Assembly: GCA_028534125.1 (NCBI GenBank) | Contig: JAPYYK010000086.1 | Coordinates: 3,100,001 to 3,164,000, forward strand | Length of the DNA: 64,000 nucleotides | Direction: 5' to 3' | Source of the DNA: Lama glama | Taxonomy: Eukaryota | Shown: positions 40,753-53,650 of the stretch, piece by piece | Position numbering within the stretch: position 1 is the first letter of the stretch | Layout of the letters: every line of letters begins with the position of its first letter | Translations under genes and position numbers: made by a program | Notes under the pieces: model-generated | Told to the model about the DNA's origin: nothing | Databases searched by the model: none | Seen by the model: only the letters and a program-made list of their open reading frames with translations

Positions 40753-40999
40753 CTGGCACAGGAGCGAGGAGGGCAGGGGCACAGGGAGACAGCCAGAGAA
40801 AGGCGAGAGCAGAGCACCAAGTGAGAAAAAGGAGATTCTACCACACACCCGGAGAGAGAAGCAATTAAACCCATCAAAGTATCTGTCTCCATTCTCGCTT
40901 CTGTTCTGCCTTCCCTGTTACCGAACTTTTTCAATACCGTGTAATAAACACACAGGACAGTAAGCCAATGGGTTATTCTGTTAAATGAACTGCAGACAG

Positions 41000-41970
41000 A
41001 GCACCAGCACCCAGGTCAAGAAATAAAACAGGCCCCTTTATGCCCTCCCCACCATTTTAGTGCTATTTTGACTTCTACCACCATAGATGAGTTCTGCCTG
41101 TTCTTGAACCTCACGCCTTCTCGTCTACCTGGCTTCCTTCGTTCAATGAGAGTCTTGCAACGTTGTCACCCACACTGCTGCGTGTATGACTGTTTGCTCA
41201 CCGTCACTGACTGATACGTCCTTGTACATATCTTTCGGTAAACGTAACATACGCATTTCTGTTGGCTTTATTCCCAAGAGTGGAATTGCTGGGTTGCAGA
41301 GCTTAAGTATGTTTGGCTTTGGAAGATACTTCCCAACAGCTTTGAAAGGTATGTACAATTTATAGTCTACATCACAGCTCCTCCACATCCTTGTCAGTAC
41401 TTAGTACTGGTCTTCTGAGTCCTGTTCTGCTGTGCATCTTACTTAATTTGCATTTCTCTGACGATGAGGCATGTTGAGGACCTTGACATATTTATTGGAC
41501 ATTTTCATATCCTCTACTGCAGTGTCCCATTTTAAAGTTTTTTCGTCTATTTTAAAAAGTCAGCTGTCCTCATACAATGTGTAGAGTACGCCACCAATGC
41601 CACCATTTTTCTTAAAAAAATGCACGATATCTATTCAATATATTTGTAAAACATATTTAACTTCCGTACCGACTTTCCTGAGTTTGAGCCATATTCTGGG
41701 TGTGAACTCGTGGTTGGTTGGCCATGTACCTTCCAAATGTCTCCTCCCACTTTGCTCACTCGCAACGGTGCCATTTGATGAACAGAAGTTCTTACTTTTA
41801 AAGAATTCCAATTACTGATATTTTCCTTTATGACGAGTGCTCTACATACACTGTGTGAGAAAGCTTTGCTTTCCACAAGGTCATGAAGATATTTTCATGT
41901 TCTCTTCCAGAAACTTAATGTTCTACTTTTTAGCCAGAGTTGCTGATTGATTGGGTTTTATGATTGGTGC
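41000..41970 (-). mobile_element. Old degenerate L1M fragment(s)
   Basis: gagtggaattgctgggt, taatttgcatttctctga and tttgatgaacagaagtt are typical antisense L1 motifs; boundaries approximate. Confidence 0.55.
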
Positions 41971-42770
41971 GAGGCAGGGGGCTTTAACCTTTTCATCTTT
42001 TGCCTTTTCTTTCTCTTAACATGACAAAGAGGGACTATGACCCTACCATCCACCAGTTCTTTTCCTGGAAAGCTCCAGCAGAACCGATGACTCTGTGTGT
42101 GTGTGTACAAGGATGTCTTTTACAGAATTGTTTACAAAGCCAAAAATGAGACATTGCCTAATTGTCTGTTAATATGGAAATGGTTTAAAAAAAGTTTCAG
42201 CCATTCTACGGAATGCCATGAAGCCATCAAAACGAATGAGACAAGTTTATGTCTCTCTGACTTGCAAAGATAGCCAAGATGTCTTCAGTGAAAAGCAAAA
42301 TGCAAAACAGTGTGTAGAATGTGCCACAATTTTTCTTTAAAAAAGGCATAATACCTATTTAATATATTTTAAAACCATATTTAACAAACTAAAGTGTAAC
42401 ATAATTACGTTTTACATAGATACACTGTGTTTTGTGTAAACGTAGAGAACTTTATGCACGACCTTCAGAGGATGTAGCCAGACAGTGAGACTTAGTACCT
42501 CTCTGTTGCTGGAGTTTGACGTAATGAGGAATGTTATTAAGAAAAGATACTAATTTATCTTACTTTGCTCTAGCACCTCTTGCTTCCTCCTCCCATCTTT
42601 TTCCCCAAAAAGACAGGGAGTATTTACATCCTCCTAAGAGTTAATCATGGAATAAACGCTGTGTTATAACAAGTCCCAGTGGCCACAACGGCCAAAGAAC
42701 GAGGTGTTCCCCCTTTCTGCTTCCCCGCCCACCTCCCTGCACAGACTCCCAGACAGTCCTCCAGTCTCAC

Positions 42771-42896
42771 CCCTGGGTTGAGGAACAGGTTGATGTGTTT
42801 GTGGAGCAGAGCCTGATTCTGCTGGTTGCCGGCGCAGAAATTCTGCAGAAACTCATGAGCCAGCCTCATTATCTCCTGCATCTTGGTATCTTCAGC
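42771..42896 (-). CDS. ITPR1: ITPR1 exon AEDTKMQE...LFLNPG
   Basis: 126 nt; cacacag| acceptor, GGG|gtgaga donor. Confidence 0.96.
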
Positions 42897-43459
42897 CTGT
42901 GTGGGAGGAGACAGATGAAACCCAGGTTGAAAACTGGGCTACGCCTTAGAGGAGAGATGGTCCCCAGGAGAAAGCACTGACCTCCAGGCCAGGAGACCAG
43001 GTTCTGTGATGCCCCCACCTCCTCCTCCTAAAGCGGGGGGCTCTGGAGGGAGGGGTTTGCTGGGGGCCCGTTGTGTGGAAATATTGAGGGGCTGCCGTGC
43101 TGACCCTGAAAAGAAGCCAGCGACTTGTGTATGCATCATAGATAAAAATGAATTCTCTCCCACTAGCCTTGGGCAAAAATGGAAAGATTTTATTTGGAGA
43201 AAAGGCAATGGAGAATAAAGACTAAGAGGAAGTCTGGGATTTCACTGTCTAGTGATAGCTGACATTTCTGAACCCCCAACTTCTGAAAATAGGACTGACG
43301 GCAGAGCAGGGGCTGGCTTCATCACCAGTGGTGAGCCCACACTTCCCCAGCTCTCGGGCACACCTTTTTAAGCGATGTAACCTAAGACACACTGGCTTGT
43401 GGTGACATGACAGAGTGGAAATCTCCTTAGAGTGTAAGTTAGCGCAAATACATCTGCCT

Positions 43460-43610
43460 TACCTCATCACCTCAGGCACATTATTTCAGTTTCCTCATCT
43501 GTAAAACGGAGCTAATAAAAGTGCACACTCTATATTGTTGTTACGAAGATTAAATGAGAAAATTCATGTCAAGTGTGTAGACAGTAATCACTCAATAAAT
43601 GTTAGCTATG
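43460..43610 (+). mobile_element. MIR fragment
   Basis: tcagtttcctcatctgtaaaacgg...gattaaatgag...ctcaataaatgttagctat. Confidence 0.65.
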
Positions 43611-44509
43611 GGGACTGGTCTAGACTAAGTACTAGTGTTACCTACCCCTGCCAAACTTAAATATATATATATTTGGGGGAGAGGGAGATAGAGAGAGACT
43701 AAGTGTTAACAGACTTTTTTCTTAGCGACCCAGACACATACTTGAAGGCTTTATGGGCCAAAAATCAAAACAGAGGACATTAGGCACAAACTTATAAAAC
43801 TGCTAACAATTTAACTATTCAAAAACGCAGCCACCACTGAGCTCATATGCTACATAAAAACAGGTGGTGGGCTGGCTGGAAATACCATGACCACCATACT
43901 GGGTTTTAGGAGCTTAAACAAACGCTTTGGAAAGGGCCACCCGGATGTAAACGTTATCCCACGTCCCTAAATCCTATCACTGTCAATGACAGATGACAGA
44001 TGAAACCTGAGAAGTGGGACACACGGTCTAACTTCTAGCAACAGAGGAGAAGCCTCAGAGCCAAGCATCATCCGACAGATCCAACTCAACCAGCTGTCAG
44101 CACGCTGGGGAGGACCTCAAAGGGGGCCATGTCCCGCATCCCCACACACATTTAATAACTTGTGCTGTTTATGCTGCCTGCGTGACAAACAGCACGGCCG
44201 AAACTGCACGGCACAAGCCCACGTGCATAGACAGCAGAGACAGCTCGGTGCACCTGAGCTGTGTATTCAGGCCAAGCCGACCACACCCGCCGTGGTGTGG
44301 GAGCAGGCGAGCGCAGACCCGCGCCTCCTTCTTCACAGAATCTTACAAGTGGAGGGAGGTGCTGGGGGGTTTGACTTGATTTTGATGATGCTCTGTTGGG
44401 TTCACATAAATCACCTCCGGTGGCTTTAAAGCCACAATCGTCACATCGGCGTCATTTCTTCCCCCGCAGCCCCCTAGGGTGAAGGGTCCGGGGAAAGCCA
44501 GGAACGCTC

Positions 44510-44556
44510 GCGGGGGGCACGGGGCGCGCGGGGGGCACGGGGCGCACGGGGCGCAC
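44510..44556. repeat. GC-rich 9-bp-period tandem repeat (GGGGCGCAC/GGGGGGCAC variants)
   Basis: About five degenerate units abutting the exon donor. Confidence 0.8.
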
Positions 44557-44560
44557 CTAC

Positions 44561-44698
44561 CTTCTCGTAGGGGATCTGCAGCAGCTCCAGCACCACGGCG
44601 TGCGCGCCCATGTTCCGGAGCAGCCGCTGCTGCTGCTTCCTGCTCTTCCTCACAGAGGCGCTCTCCTGGACGCAGAGCTTGCTGAGCCGAATCAAAAT
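44561..44698 (-). CDS. ITPR1: ITPR1 exon ILIRLSKL...QIPYEK
   Basis: 138 nt; tactag| acceptor, AAG|gtaggt donor. Confidence 0.96.
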
Positions 44699-44764
44699 CT
44701 AGTAGAAAGAAAGGAGGAATCAAAGCCTCTCCTTTGACCAGTGGCTCAGTTCTGCGGCGCTAGC

Positions 44765-44995
44765 TCACAGCCTGGTGATTACAGCTCGTGATGCTACGCG
44801 GTATGCCTGGAGTTTGCTGAGGGTGGATCTTAAGCATCTTCACCTCCTCCCCCGCCAAAAAACCCGAGGTGAGTGATGGACGTGTTATTAACTTGACTGT
44901 GGTAATCATTTCACAATGCATATGTCTATCAAATCACCACATTGTACACTTTTAGTACATTATCATTGTATCAATTAAACTTCAAAGCTGGGGGG
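44765..44995 (+). mobile_element. Old L1M 3' end fragment
   Basis: gtggatcttaagcatctt...gtggtaatcatttcacaatg...atcaaatcaccacattgtacac resembles L1MA/MB 3' ends. Confidence 0.6.
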
Positions 44996-45633
44996 GCGGG
45001 CAAAAAAACTTTTTTAAAGAAAAAGAGAAACCAACCTCAGAAGACTAGGAACCATAACAGGAAAAAGATCGCAGGGGGTAGGTGTGCGCAGGGAGACAAA
45101 AGGGATCACAATACATTAAGAATATAAAACAAGCGAAATTCCTCCAACAAACAGTATCCCCACTGATTGCATTAAACCCAATCCACACACAGCCAAGAAC
45201 ACGCCTTCCAGAAGACCCAGCGGACTGTGGCTCCACCAGCCGGTGGGATGACGGCTTCCGATCTCTTAAAATGGGGTGACTCAGCGTCATCGCCAAGGAC
45301 CCGGGAAGGGTTTGCTCCAGTGTGAAAACCACGAAGCCCCCAGTCTCCCAACTTTGAACCAGCGTATGCAACGATTCCTACAGAATTATAAGCTCTCGTT
45401 AGTGGGAGGTAAATCCTAGAGTTTCATCATTTACTCCTTCATTCGACTGTAAACTTTGAGAAGTCTAGGTGCCAGGAGCACCTAGAAAAGGTGCGGAAAC
45501 TGAGGACACACAACTAAGTGGCAGAGCTGGGTTCGAACCCAGATCTGACGCTAAAACCCACGCACTTAACCCCAGAGGTGGACCTTCTGTCTGTGAAGCT
45601 TCCCGCAAAGGAGGTGGCTGGGGGCTGACTTAC

Positions 45634-45699
45634 CTCCTTGACCACCCTGTAGTTGTAGCTGCTGGTGCTCTCGTGCCTTTGTGACTTGTTGTTCCCCTC
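45634..45699 (-). CDS. ITPR1: ITPR1 exon EGNNKSQRHESTSSYNYRVVKE
   Basis: 66 nt; ttcctag| acceptor, GAG|gtaagt donor. Confidence 0.94.
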
Positions 45700-46197
45700 C
45701 TAGGAAGCAGAACGAGTGTGAGCGGGGCTTGGGCGACACTTGGGCCCCTGGCCGTTAGCTGGGGTTAGCATCACACTTTAGGGAAGACCCGGCATCTTGC
45801 GGTGTTTTCCAACAGTTAGGCTGGGCGTACGCCCGCGTCATTCACCTGCTCACACTCAGCTCCCGACGGGCGCTATTTCACTGACGGGGGGTAGGATGGA
45901 GGGCCAACAGGGCAGGAGGACAAGTGCTCTCCCGAGTGGGTCTGCAGGGAAACCAGGTGCTAATTCCCTCATCGCAAAGCCTGTCCCACGTGGGCCGAGG
46001 GGGCGCGCGGGGGGGGCAACCGAGCTTCTACTTGAAGCTCATTTCCTGCGAGAATGGCTGTTACCCTGTTAACAAGATCTCTTGAGAATAAAGCCTATCC
46101 CACAGTCTGCATTTTTACCTAAAACCAGAGGAGGACGCTGACTTGTTCTGGGGAGCCCATCCACCTCCTCCAGCAGCGTCACCTGCATGTCACCCAC

Positions 46198-46368
46198 CTC
46201 TGTTTTCTTATGTTCGTTTTCACCAGAGGCACCGTCCATGGCCTCGTCGGGCCCCTGGCCTTTGTACACCCAAAGCTCTGACTTCTCCACGATGGACCGC
46301 AGCTGATCCAGGTCCTGTTTGATCTGTTTGTAGTTGTCGACGTCTTGGCTGGTAACGAGCAGTTGAAC
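46198..46368 (-). CDS. ITPR1: ITPR1 exon VQLLVTSQ...NEHKKTE
   Basis: 171 nt; cattcag| acceptor, GAG|gtgggt donor; preceded by an 87-nt intron. Confidence 0.95.
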
Positions 46369-46455
46369 CTGAATGAACGCAGTCCATCAGCGGCAGGCAG
46401 CAGCCTCTCGGACAGACGATGACACCAACAGCACACACCCAACCACCCAAGCTAC

Positions 46456-46621
46456 CTGTTTGAAGGCCTGCAGGACCTCCTGCCTCTGGCTGAAGTGTCG
46501 GAAGAGCAGCTGCAGGGCCCCTGACACCAGGGGCGGGTAGTCGTGCATCGTCAAGTGGAGCAGGACCCGGAGGAAGGTCCTGCCGCCGTGATCGTCCAGG
46601 TCCAGAGGGGTGTTCTCCTCA
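46456..46621 (-). CDS. ITPR1: ITPR1 exon EENTPLDL...LQAFKQ
   Basis: 166 nt; ccctcag| acceptor, CAG|gtagct donor; phase 2/0. Confidence 0.95.
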
Positions 46622-47559
46622 CTGAGGGGGCGCGTGGAGGGGAGGGGCCAGGTGAGCCACAGACGACCTCTCTCGTGCCCTCGGCCCACACACACCTCCC
46701 CAGTGAGCTTCCCGACTCCCGCGCCGGCCTCCGACAGCCTGGCTTTTAACTAGCTCCCTCAACAATGCAATCTTGCTTGATCGTCAACTCTATTGTGAGG
46801 GGAAGGGACAGTGTCAAATGGCCACCCAAGGGCCTGAATGCTCACTGTCGTCTTCTGTACTTCTCTTGCCACAACTGGTAGCAAGCAGTTCGACCCCAGA
46901 GACCCCCGCTTTGAGGACGGTTGCCACAAACCATCACAACCCAGTGCTCTTTGAACTGGGGTTAATCAGTATATTGCCAGGGCTTCTCTCAGTATCTATC
47001 ATAACGTGACTGTGTGTTATTTACACAATTACAAAATTAATAAGCAGGCTCTGGATCACAGGGCAGGTCGCCACGCACCTGAGCACTGCCACGTAGTTCC
47101 TGTGTCTGCGCCTCTATTGTGTTTACGCTAGAATGAAGGTCAAAGGGAGACCCCTGTGGCTGCAGACTAGCAAGGAAAGCACAGACAGGACTTAGCACCT
47201 GCATCCTCTGTGCTCCATGCTGTGTGAAGCTGCTTCCACTGCTGCTCTACATTAGGAAGGCGGTGGGAGAGCTGAGACACTACAAGGTGGACGAAGTGTC
47301 ACCGTGCCGAACTCAAAACACCCTGAGCTTCAGAACCACCACCTCTTCCATCAGAGTAAGTGACGCTGCTAGTTCAAGTTTCACAGCTTTTCCATTAAGC
47401 ACCGAGGTATACTGTTAACATCAGTCGCCCCCAGTCAACTGGGCCGTCTGGTCTAGGCTCTCGGCCAGGCGAGTTGCTTTGACCAATAGGACATCAGCAA
47501 CATGATGCAAGCAAAGGCTTCATTTGTGTTTGCACATGGCTGGTCTCTCTTCTCGGGGC

Positions 47560-47860
47560 CTTTGTCCTTAGAGCCAGTCACCACACTATACAGATGGCCA
47601 AGGTATTTGTGTGCAGAAAGCGAGAGGTTCAGGCCTTACGGATATCCCCACCAAGGAGCCAGAAATGTGAGGACAGCATCTTGGATGCGTCAGCCCCAGT
47701 CACTGGCTCGCTAGAGTCACACATGATAGACTCCACGGTGACCAGAAGAACCATCCAGCTGAGCCCCAGTCAACCCACAGAACCATGAGAGGCAACCAAA
47801 TGACTGTCATTTTAATCCATTAGGTTTTGTGAGTATGTGACACAGCAACAGACAGTGAAC
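47560..47860. mobile_element. MaLR (MLT1-like) LTR fragment
   Basis: ccagctgagccccagtcaacccacagaaccatgaga; similar to the 3' part of the 29095 element. Confidence 0.45.
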
Positions 47861-48255
47861 CAAGTGTGAACCTTCCAAGAGTTATGCGCACAGGGCGTTT
47901 CTCCCAAGTCTGCAGCTGTTTGAGGCGTATAGGTATTTGAGTCTCACAACAACGTTTTGAGTCAACACTGAGCAATCTCACCTCTTAGGAGTTCAAACGT
48001 TAATCTCACGTTAGGGACAATGAAAGAACAGAGTGTGTGCCTGTGTGTGTGCGTGTGCATGTGCTTGTTGGTGCTGAATGGCTTCTAAAAGCCTCAGGGG
48101 TAACTGCAGCCCAACAGCAGCAAAGTACAGAATCTTGTGAATTCCACTGTTTTGAGCCCCTTCTTTCTTTCAATCCTATTTCCTCACCATTTAAAAAAGT
48201 CTTGCAATATGCGTACTTTGGGAAACCTCCCTAAATCCTTTCTCTTGTAGGCAAA

Positions 48256-48303
48256 ACACACACACACACACACACACGCATGTGCGCACACGCACATACA
48301 CAT
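48256..48303. repeat. (CA)n microsatellite with imperfect extension
   Basis: Directly visible. Confidence 0.85.
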
Positions 48304-48484
48304 CAAACCAACTAAGATCTCTCCGACCCGAGCAGTAAGAGTTATAAAGGCAGCAGGCACACAACCTAAACGCAAAGCCTCACCCTTTCCTAGTCCAGTC
48401 AAGGAGGAGCCTTTGAGAGCTAGGAAAGAGGAGATTCCCCAGTCTGAGAACCACCTACAAAATAGGAACTGAAAATATACTTTC

Positions 48485-48539
48485 CTTCCTCCAAAGATGC
48501 CCTCGGCTTGCTCTTCAATGTGCTCGAAGTCAAGAGCAC
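48485..48539 (-). CDS. ITPR1: ITPR1 exon ALDFEHIEEQAEGIFGG(S); non-canonical GA donor, or a GT donor extending the exon to 48470
   Basis: 55 nt; tttgcag| acceptor. The GIFGGSEENT junction requires AG|gaaagt. The GT alternative CA|gttcct gives GIFGGRKVYFHEENT. Confidence 0.9.
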
Positions 48540-49216
48540 CTGCAAAGTTAGAGAACAGAACTTCAGATGCAGAAAGGGGGGAAAACACGCTGCTGGTGAA
48601 CGTCCCCTGCCCTCGGGTTCACCTCGAGTCCTCCACAGTCTTATACTGCAAAGCTCGGCAGCCAGTCACACTGTCTACTGGCCCTGGTGAGCAGGGTTCC
48701 TCACTTCTGCTGGTTTTCTCCTCACTGCATGGCCCCTTGTTCTAGGAGGGGGATGACCTCATTCCAAGGAGGCCCAGGCCTCGAGACGTGGGGTCCTTTC
48801 CACCACCACCCTTCTCCTTGTCCATCACCACTGCCTCCTGGGCAGGGAAAAGCTCCCAATGGGAGTAAACGTTGCTAGTGTACAATATATTTTCTTGGAG
48901 AGTTTCGTTTTGGGCTTTTTGTTTGCTTGTCTGTTTTTCGGCATTTCATATAACCACAACCCTAGAAGCCTCAGCTGCCTTATGACTAAGAACCTCCAAG
49001 ATGGAAGGAAACAAGCTCTATCCCAGAAGGGGTCTGGGCTCGTTCAATTATTCCCCGGCCCTGAAACACTAACTCCAAGGATCTCATTCTCAAATACAAT
49101 AATCTTCAAAAACATTCACATTTTACCCTTGTTCTAGAACGTGCTGCCTGAACTCGCAGTTTTCACTAGACCCGAGTCTCATTCCCTGGCTGAGATCCCA
49201 TTCTGGAATCACTAAC

Positions 49217-49355
49217 CTGGTACGTTACTTGGCCCTTCTTGGCTGCTGCTTCCGGACGATGTTTCCGAAGTCTGGGAATTGCTTTCATCAAACTCCCGCT
49301 TAAATATACACAGGAGGCAGGAGATCCTATAATCCAGCCTCACATTCAAAATAAA
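49217..49355 (-). CDS. ITPR1: ITPR1 exon FILNVRLD...GPSNVP(G)
   Basis: 139 nt; ctgcag| acceptor, CAG|gttagt donor; phase 0/1. Confidence 0.95.
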
Positions 49356-52300
49356 CTGCAGATTCAAGTGGAAATGGAAACAGACGGGTTACATTAGCAT
49401 GCCACCTGGAACACCGTGCCAAGCCACTGCACTCTGGCTGGGCCTGGTATCTGCTGCATCAATTCCCCTAAACACTGAGTGAGCCAAATATTTGGCTTAG
49501 ATTTCTCCAGTCCCTTTAACAGAAGACTTCCACGGGGTCCATCACGTCTGCCCCCAGCACCTTAGCTTCTAGTGTAAATTTCAGCATCTCGGCGATTAAT
49601 GTAATAACTGGAACAATCCATCACTCCCTCCCCGCTCCCTCCTCTATAAAACATTACTTAATTTCAGTGCTGAAGGCCAACCCTGGGCCTTAAGAAAGAT
49701 GAAGCTGGGTGCTTTTAATTTAAGAGAACTGACAGAGGAAAACGTGTTTTTAGTACAGACAGTTCCCTCAGTTCTTATTTTCCATTCCTGATCATTTTCT
49801 TTGATTTAGATACAAACCCTTGGGCTCACTTACTTCACTTCCTGTGTCCCCTCCCCCTCCCCACATCTACCCCAACACAAGGTCACGTCTTCCACGATTG
49901 GGGCCAATGCCAAAAACAAAGACCAACCACCTGGCATTGTGTAAGGACCTTACTGACACTCTCCCTTCCAGCCTCTCCTTGTCTCTGCCCCGCCCTCCTG
50001 GTGACCTCACCCAGTCCCAGGGCTGCCACCTCTGTTGTACCGAGACAGAACTTAGCTTCCAAGCTCTCGGTGCACATTTCTTACTGACTCCGGATACCCC
50101 ACTTGGTGTCTCCCCAGTCTCTCACTCAGTATTGTACCAAACTAACGGTGTCCATCCTCCCTGGGTTCTCTCACCCTCAGTCAGCCTCAGTGTCATCACC
50201 TCTTCCTTCCGTGATGCACACATCTCATCAGTGACTAGGTCCTGCTGGTTCTATGTCTGCCCCATTCTCACGGATCCCTCCCCGCCGTCACTTACCCCTG
50301 CTCACGTCCTCTATCTCCTGCCTCGGCTGTTACAGAACCACATCTACCAGCCCCACCTCCCAAAGGTACTCATTCTTATGTTAGTCCCCTGCTTGAAAAT
50401 GCTCAGACTCTCCTGAGAACAAAGCCCTAACACTTCAGGCACCCAGAGGCCCAAGTCCTCCTTTCCAACCTCACCTCTGGCCACCTCCCTTCAGCCCAGT
50501 CCACGTCCCTGCCCAAAGAGCGCCACTTACTGGCTCGTGCGCCGCGATGCCCTGGTTCAACCTGCTCCATCCACCTGAGAGTGTCCCCTTGTTTCTGTAC
50601 AAATCCTGGCCATGCCTAAAGGTTCAGATAGAACCTCACCTCCTCTTTAAAACTTCCTCTGGTCCTTACTAAGTGGGACCACATGACCCACTGGTATCCT
50701 AGGAGACCCCTTTCTCGTGGTTTTGTTTCCATGTACACGTAGCTTCATCACACCTTATTTTCCTAGTAGACTCTAAACCCTTCGTAGATATAGACCCAGT
50801 CCAAATAAATCATCTGGGCATTCCTCGTGGAGCCCAGCAAAGTGTCTTGTACGTAGTGGGGAATCTGTAAGTATTTGGTGAAAGAATGAATCCATCAACG
50901 AACTGTTCTCAGGTTACTACAGTGCATACATCTCCAGATGTAACCCAGTTTCCCAGCACATCATTCCCGCTAACCATCCATGACGCTAACATCCTTAGGA
51001 CCTGTAAGTCATAGCCTAAGAAATCCTTGAAATCCTTCTCTACTTTTGGTCAGGCAGAAATTCAGTGAGTTTTCTTCTTTGCTTCAATCACTCTTTATAG
51101 CCTTAAGTAATCATTTTGAGGAGTCCCACTGATGCTTTCAAACCATTAATTAGCTGTGATTTCAGAATAAAAAAAAAATCCTTCAGTCTGTCAACGTTCA
51201 TAGTTCTCTACTCCACGTTCTGGAGCTTAGATTTGGCAGCATGGGACAAAAGAGAAAGGTGGTAACAAGATTCTCTTCATTAAGAAGCAGGTGATTTTGC
51301 TAATGAATAAAAATTACCAAGGAGCAGAAAGAGGAAAACACAGGGCGCTAGGAGGCTGGGAGGATTCTCCTACCGAAGACCAAGCCCTCCCCAGGAGGCT
51401 GGCTCCCACTCCTTCTTGCCCAGGAAAGGACTTTGCTCCTACAATTGTCCTTTCCCCTCTATGTCAGAAGGTTCTCGCTCTCTACGCGATCACTCCCTTC
51501 AGCATACAAATGTGCCACCATCTCCCAGCTTAAGTATTACAAAACGTCCTTGGTACCAACAACCACCCTCCAGCCACCTCCCCACTTTTCTCTGTGTGTC
51601 TTAACAGTCAAAAGAGTTGCATGTATTTATTCCCCGATTCATCTTCTCCCATTCCCTCTTGAACTTGACCTGTTCCCAGACCTCTCCTGCCTCAGGGTCT
51701 TTGCATTTGCTGTTCCTTCTCGGAGCCACAGAGACTCTTTCCCTAGGTGTACACATACTGGCTCCCTCGCTTCATTCAGGCCTCAGATCACATAACCTTA
51801 ACGAGGAGGCTTCTCTGACAACCCCATGAACCAAAGGACCCCTGACCTTTCCCCACAGTGGCCTCCAAACCGTCTCGACCCTCGTTCATATTTTAACACG
51901 TTCAGTAATTCTCAGTATCTGACTCAGTATATACAACTATGCCTCCTGTCAACATGTAATCTCCAGTGTTTAAAAGCACCTGGCACAGAATCATTCTCAT
52001 AAATATTTGCTGAATAAAAGAATGAAAAGGGGAAGGAAGAAGGGATGGATGGAGGAGGGAGTTACAAATTTAACAGAACCTTGAACTGAGTTGTGAACCA
52101 AAGCAGGGCATTCAGTTATGTACAGAAGCACAAGTGCGTGAATTCTAAGCAAAGGGAACAGTGTGGGTGAAGACACAGAGTTCCATGGTCATGGAAAGCT
52201 AAGGTACCTGCAGAAAGCTTCGACTTGACAAGGGCATGTTGGGGAGGGACCGGAGATGACAGCTCAGGGATTAAGAGGGCCAGTTCAGAAAGGGCACTGG

Positions 52301-52433
52301 AGGCTGAGCTAAGAATTTACCTCCACTCTCTTCCCAGAAAGCCTAGGGCCCCATCAAAGTGGAGACACTGGATCCGAGGGTACCCCTGAGAAGCACACGC
52401 CCACCCCCACCCCCACCTCTGAACGATGGCTAC

Positions 52434-52621
52434 CTGGAGTATCTCGATGATCTTCAACTTGGTGTCCATGACCATGATGTCCTCCTTCTCCGGCTCTGCT
52501 TGCTTCACATTGCCTTCGGGGGCAGCAGCTGTGGGAGTCATGGGCAGAAAGCCGCCTCCGCGGAGCACCACCTGGGTCATCAGCTCCCCCACCCCGTGGA
52601 TGGACCGCATCACGTTACTGC
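52434..52621 (-). CDS. ITPR1: ITPR1 exon SNVMRSIH...KIIEILQ
   Basis: 188 nt; ttcccag| acceptor, CAG|gtagcc donor; phase 1/0. Confidence 0.96.
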
Positions 52622-53650
52622 CTGGGAAGGGCCAGGGCAAAGCCCGGTCATGACAGATCTCCAGGGAGTGCGCCAGGGCCAGGGGCACGGGCCCTTCGGG
52701 ACAAATTACCTAACACAACTCCTCTAAAACATCCTAAGACCCTGGGAACCTGCAAAGGTTGATACCTATCAAAAATGTGGGGCCTCAGGGAGTAGGGGAG
52801 AGAGCTCTGAAATCCCCAAAGAAGCATTTTTGTTCGTTAATTCTCCCGCCAAATTTTACTTGTTGCTGTGCACAGAACTAGGGATACAGGAGTTAACAAG
52901 TCACACATCTAGGGCTGCTCCCAGCAACCACTGGATCTTGAGTACATTGTGTTCCCTCTGAGGGTCAGTTTCTTCACCTATAAAGTGAAAATAATGAAGC
53001 CCAAAGACAGGATTAGGTGGTAAAATGCACATGAAATGACTAAGCAAAAAAGGGCCTAGCAGGTGGAGGCATGTAAGTCAGCATACTTCTTCTGTTCTAG
53101 CTGTGGAGACCAGCTAGACAGTCATCCGCACGTGAGTCCCTAGTACGTGTCTACTCTGACCCCAAAGCGGGGGGAAAATAAACATTTAAAAGCAGATTTT
53201 CCTATTCCCAAATTAGAAAGAGGATACCCAGACACAGCCTGGATTTCACTGACTCACACACTAACATAAACATGGAGGACCTCAGGACACATCAAGAACA
53301 GTGAAGGGACATGTATTTTTGAGACATAAGCCTTCAAGCCGTCAGGGAATTTTCAAGCGGTTTGGCAAAATATACAGACTCACAGGTAAATATAAAGAAC
53401 ATGGTAAGATGTTAAGAATCACTGCCTCTAGGTTGTGGGTCTATGGGTGCTGAATCTACCGTTCTTTCTGCTTTTATTTATATTTGAAAACGTTCACAAG
53501 GAAAAGTCAAGAGGGACAGGACAGAGCAAGGACAGCACGTCACTTGGTAAGGAGGACCCGGGCGGTGAGAGGAGAGGCTGGGGGAGCATGTCCGGGACGT
53601 GCGGGCATCAGCAGACCCCCCCCCCCGCAGCTTCTCCACGTCGCCCTCAC

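Noticed and set aside
46369-46455. 87-nt intron (multiple of 3) as possible in-frame retention
   Set aside because: Retention meets an in-frame TGA at 46387-46389
48471-48480. GTATATTTT as a U12-type donor
   Set aside because: It does not match RTATCCTTT and would join in phase 0 to a TGA
49820-50416. 198-aa plus-strand ORF, the longest in the track
   Set aside because: Non-ATG start, Pro/Ser/Leu-rich composition from C/T-rich intronic sequence, no recognisable domain
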